Positions 63,178 to 64,000 of a stretch of 64,000 bases of DNA are shown here, one piece after another (the stretch's first letter is position 1; each line of letters opens with the position of its first letter). A program made the position numbers and the translations under genes. The stretch comes from Octopus sinensis (Eukaryota): NCBI RefSeq assembly GCF_006345805.1, contig NC_043000.1:8432001-8496000 (forward strand). Reading direction: 5' to 3'. Below the pieces are notes generated by a model, which worked only from the letters and a program-made list of their open reading frames with translations, did not search any database and had not been told where the DNA came from.

Positions 63178-64000
63178 ATCATCATCATCGTCGTTTAACG
63201 TCCGTTCTCCATGCTAGCATGGGTTGGACGGTTCGACCGGGGTTCTGGGAAGCCAGAAGGCTGCACCAGGCTCCAGTCTAATTTGGCAATGTTTCTACAG
63301 CTGGATGCCCTTCCTAACGCCAACCACTCCGTGAGTGTAGTGGGTGCTTTTTACGTGCCACCTGCACAGGTGCCAGGCGGGGCTGGCAACGGCCACGGTC
63401 AGATTGGTGTATTTTATGTGCCACCGGCACGGAAGCCAGTCGAGGCGGTGCTGGCATCGGCCACGAGTCGGATAGTGCTTTTTACGTACCACCAGACCAG
63501 GGATCCTGGCTGGTTCAATTCGATTTCGATTTCGCTTGCCCCAACATGTCTTCACAAGCAAAGGGGGTTGGCAAGGGTGCCTGTCGTACGGTCGCATTGG
63601 AGTATTTTACGTGCCACGGCCACGAGTCGGATAGTGCTTTTTACGTACCACCAGACCAGGGATCCTGGCTGGTTCAATTCGATTTCGATTTCGCTTGCCC
63701 CAACATGTCTTCACAAGCAAAGGGGGTTGGCATGGGTGCCTGTCGTACGGTCGCATTGGAGTATTTTACGTGCCACGGCCCCGAGTCGGATAGTGCTTTT
63801 TACGTACCACCAGGCCAGGGATCCTGGCTGGTTCAATTCGGTTTCGATTTCGATTTCGATTTCGATTTCGATTTCGCTTGCCCCAACATGTCTTCGCAAG
63901 CATGGGGGGTTGGGATGGGTGTCTGTCGTCGGATGAGGTTCTATATCGACTTCGCTTGCCTCAACCGGTCTTTGTGTCCAAGGGAGGAAAGGCATTCATA
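63178..64000 (-). mobile_element. Young RTE-related 3'-end element with an internal 159-bp tandem array; runs off the window
   Basis: (ATC)n tail then cgtttaacgtccgttctccatgctagcatggg, the reverse of the 54050-54240 and 61300-61520 ends; units start 63459, 63618, 63777; CpG-rich. Confidence 0.75.

Noticed and set aside
63211-63936. 241-aa ORF, the longest in the track
   Set aside because: Produced by the 159-bp (53-codon) tandem array on the antisense strand of a retroelement tail; no recognisable domain

Overview
AT-rich animal genomic DNA dense in microsatellites and transposons. The SINE/MITE repertoire and (AT)n/(ATT)n/(CA)n density suggest an octopus (inference). The only host gene I can support is the 3' part of a + strand tau/MAP2/MAP4-family microtubule-associated protein; it is not in the ORF track because its exons are short. 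I read 8 GT-AG exons: 3892-3973, 6324-6436, 11972-12061, 14155-14244, 15229-15318, 19938-20027, 22385-22510 and terminal 40905-40976. They encode six canonical (K/R)VGS...H.PGGG tubulin-binding repeats, one degenerate acidic repeat and the R' pseudo-repeat. The 5' exons lie upstream of the window. The repeat array grew by duplication of 90-nt phase-0 exons, and the youngest pair (14155/15229) still sits in a recognisable ~1.07-kb tandem duplication. There is also a candidate 28-nt frame-switching microexon (31498-31525) and a probable ~8.5-kb TE-poor 3'UTR containing a 1,030-bp near-identical tandem duplication. The rest is Helitrons (a head-to-tail dimer and a helicase-carrying deletion derivative), Tc1/mariner, hAT and piggyBac-type elements, RTE LINE fragments, tRNA-derived SINEs, several long palindromes and microsatellites. 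Almost all ORFs in the supplied track are microsatellite or transposon artefacts. All splicing claims are predictions from DNA and need RNA evidence.
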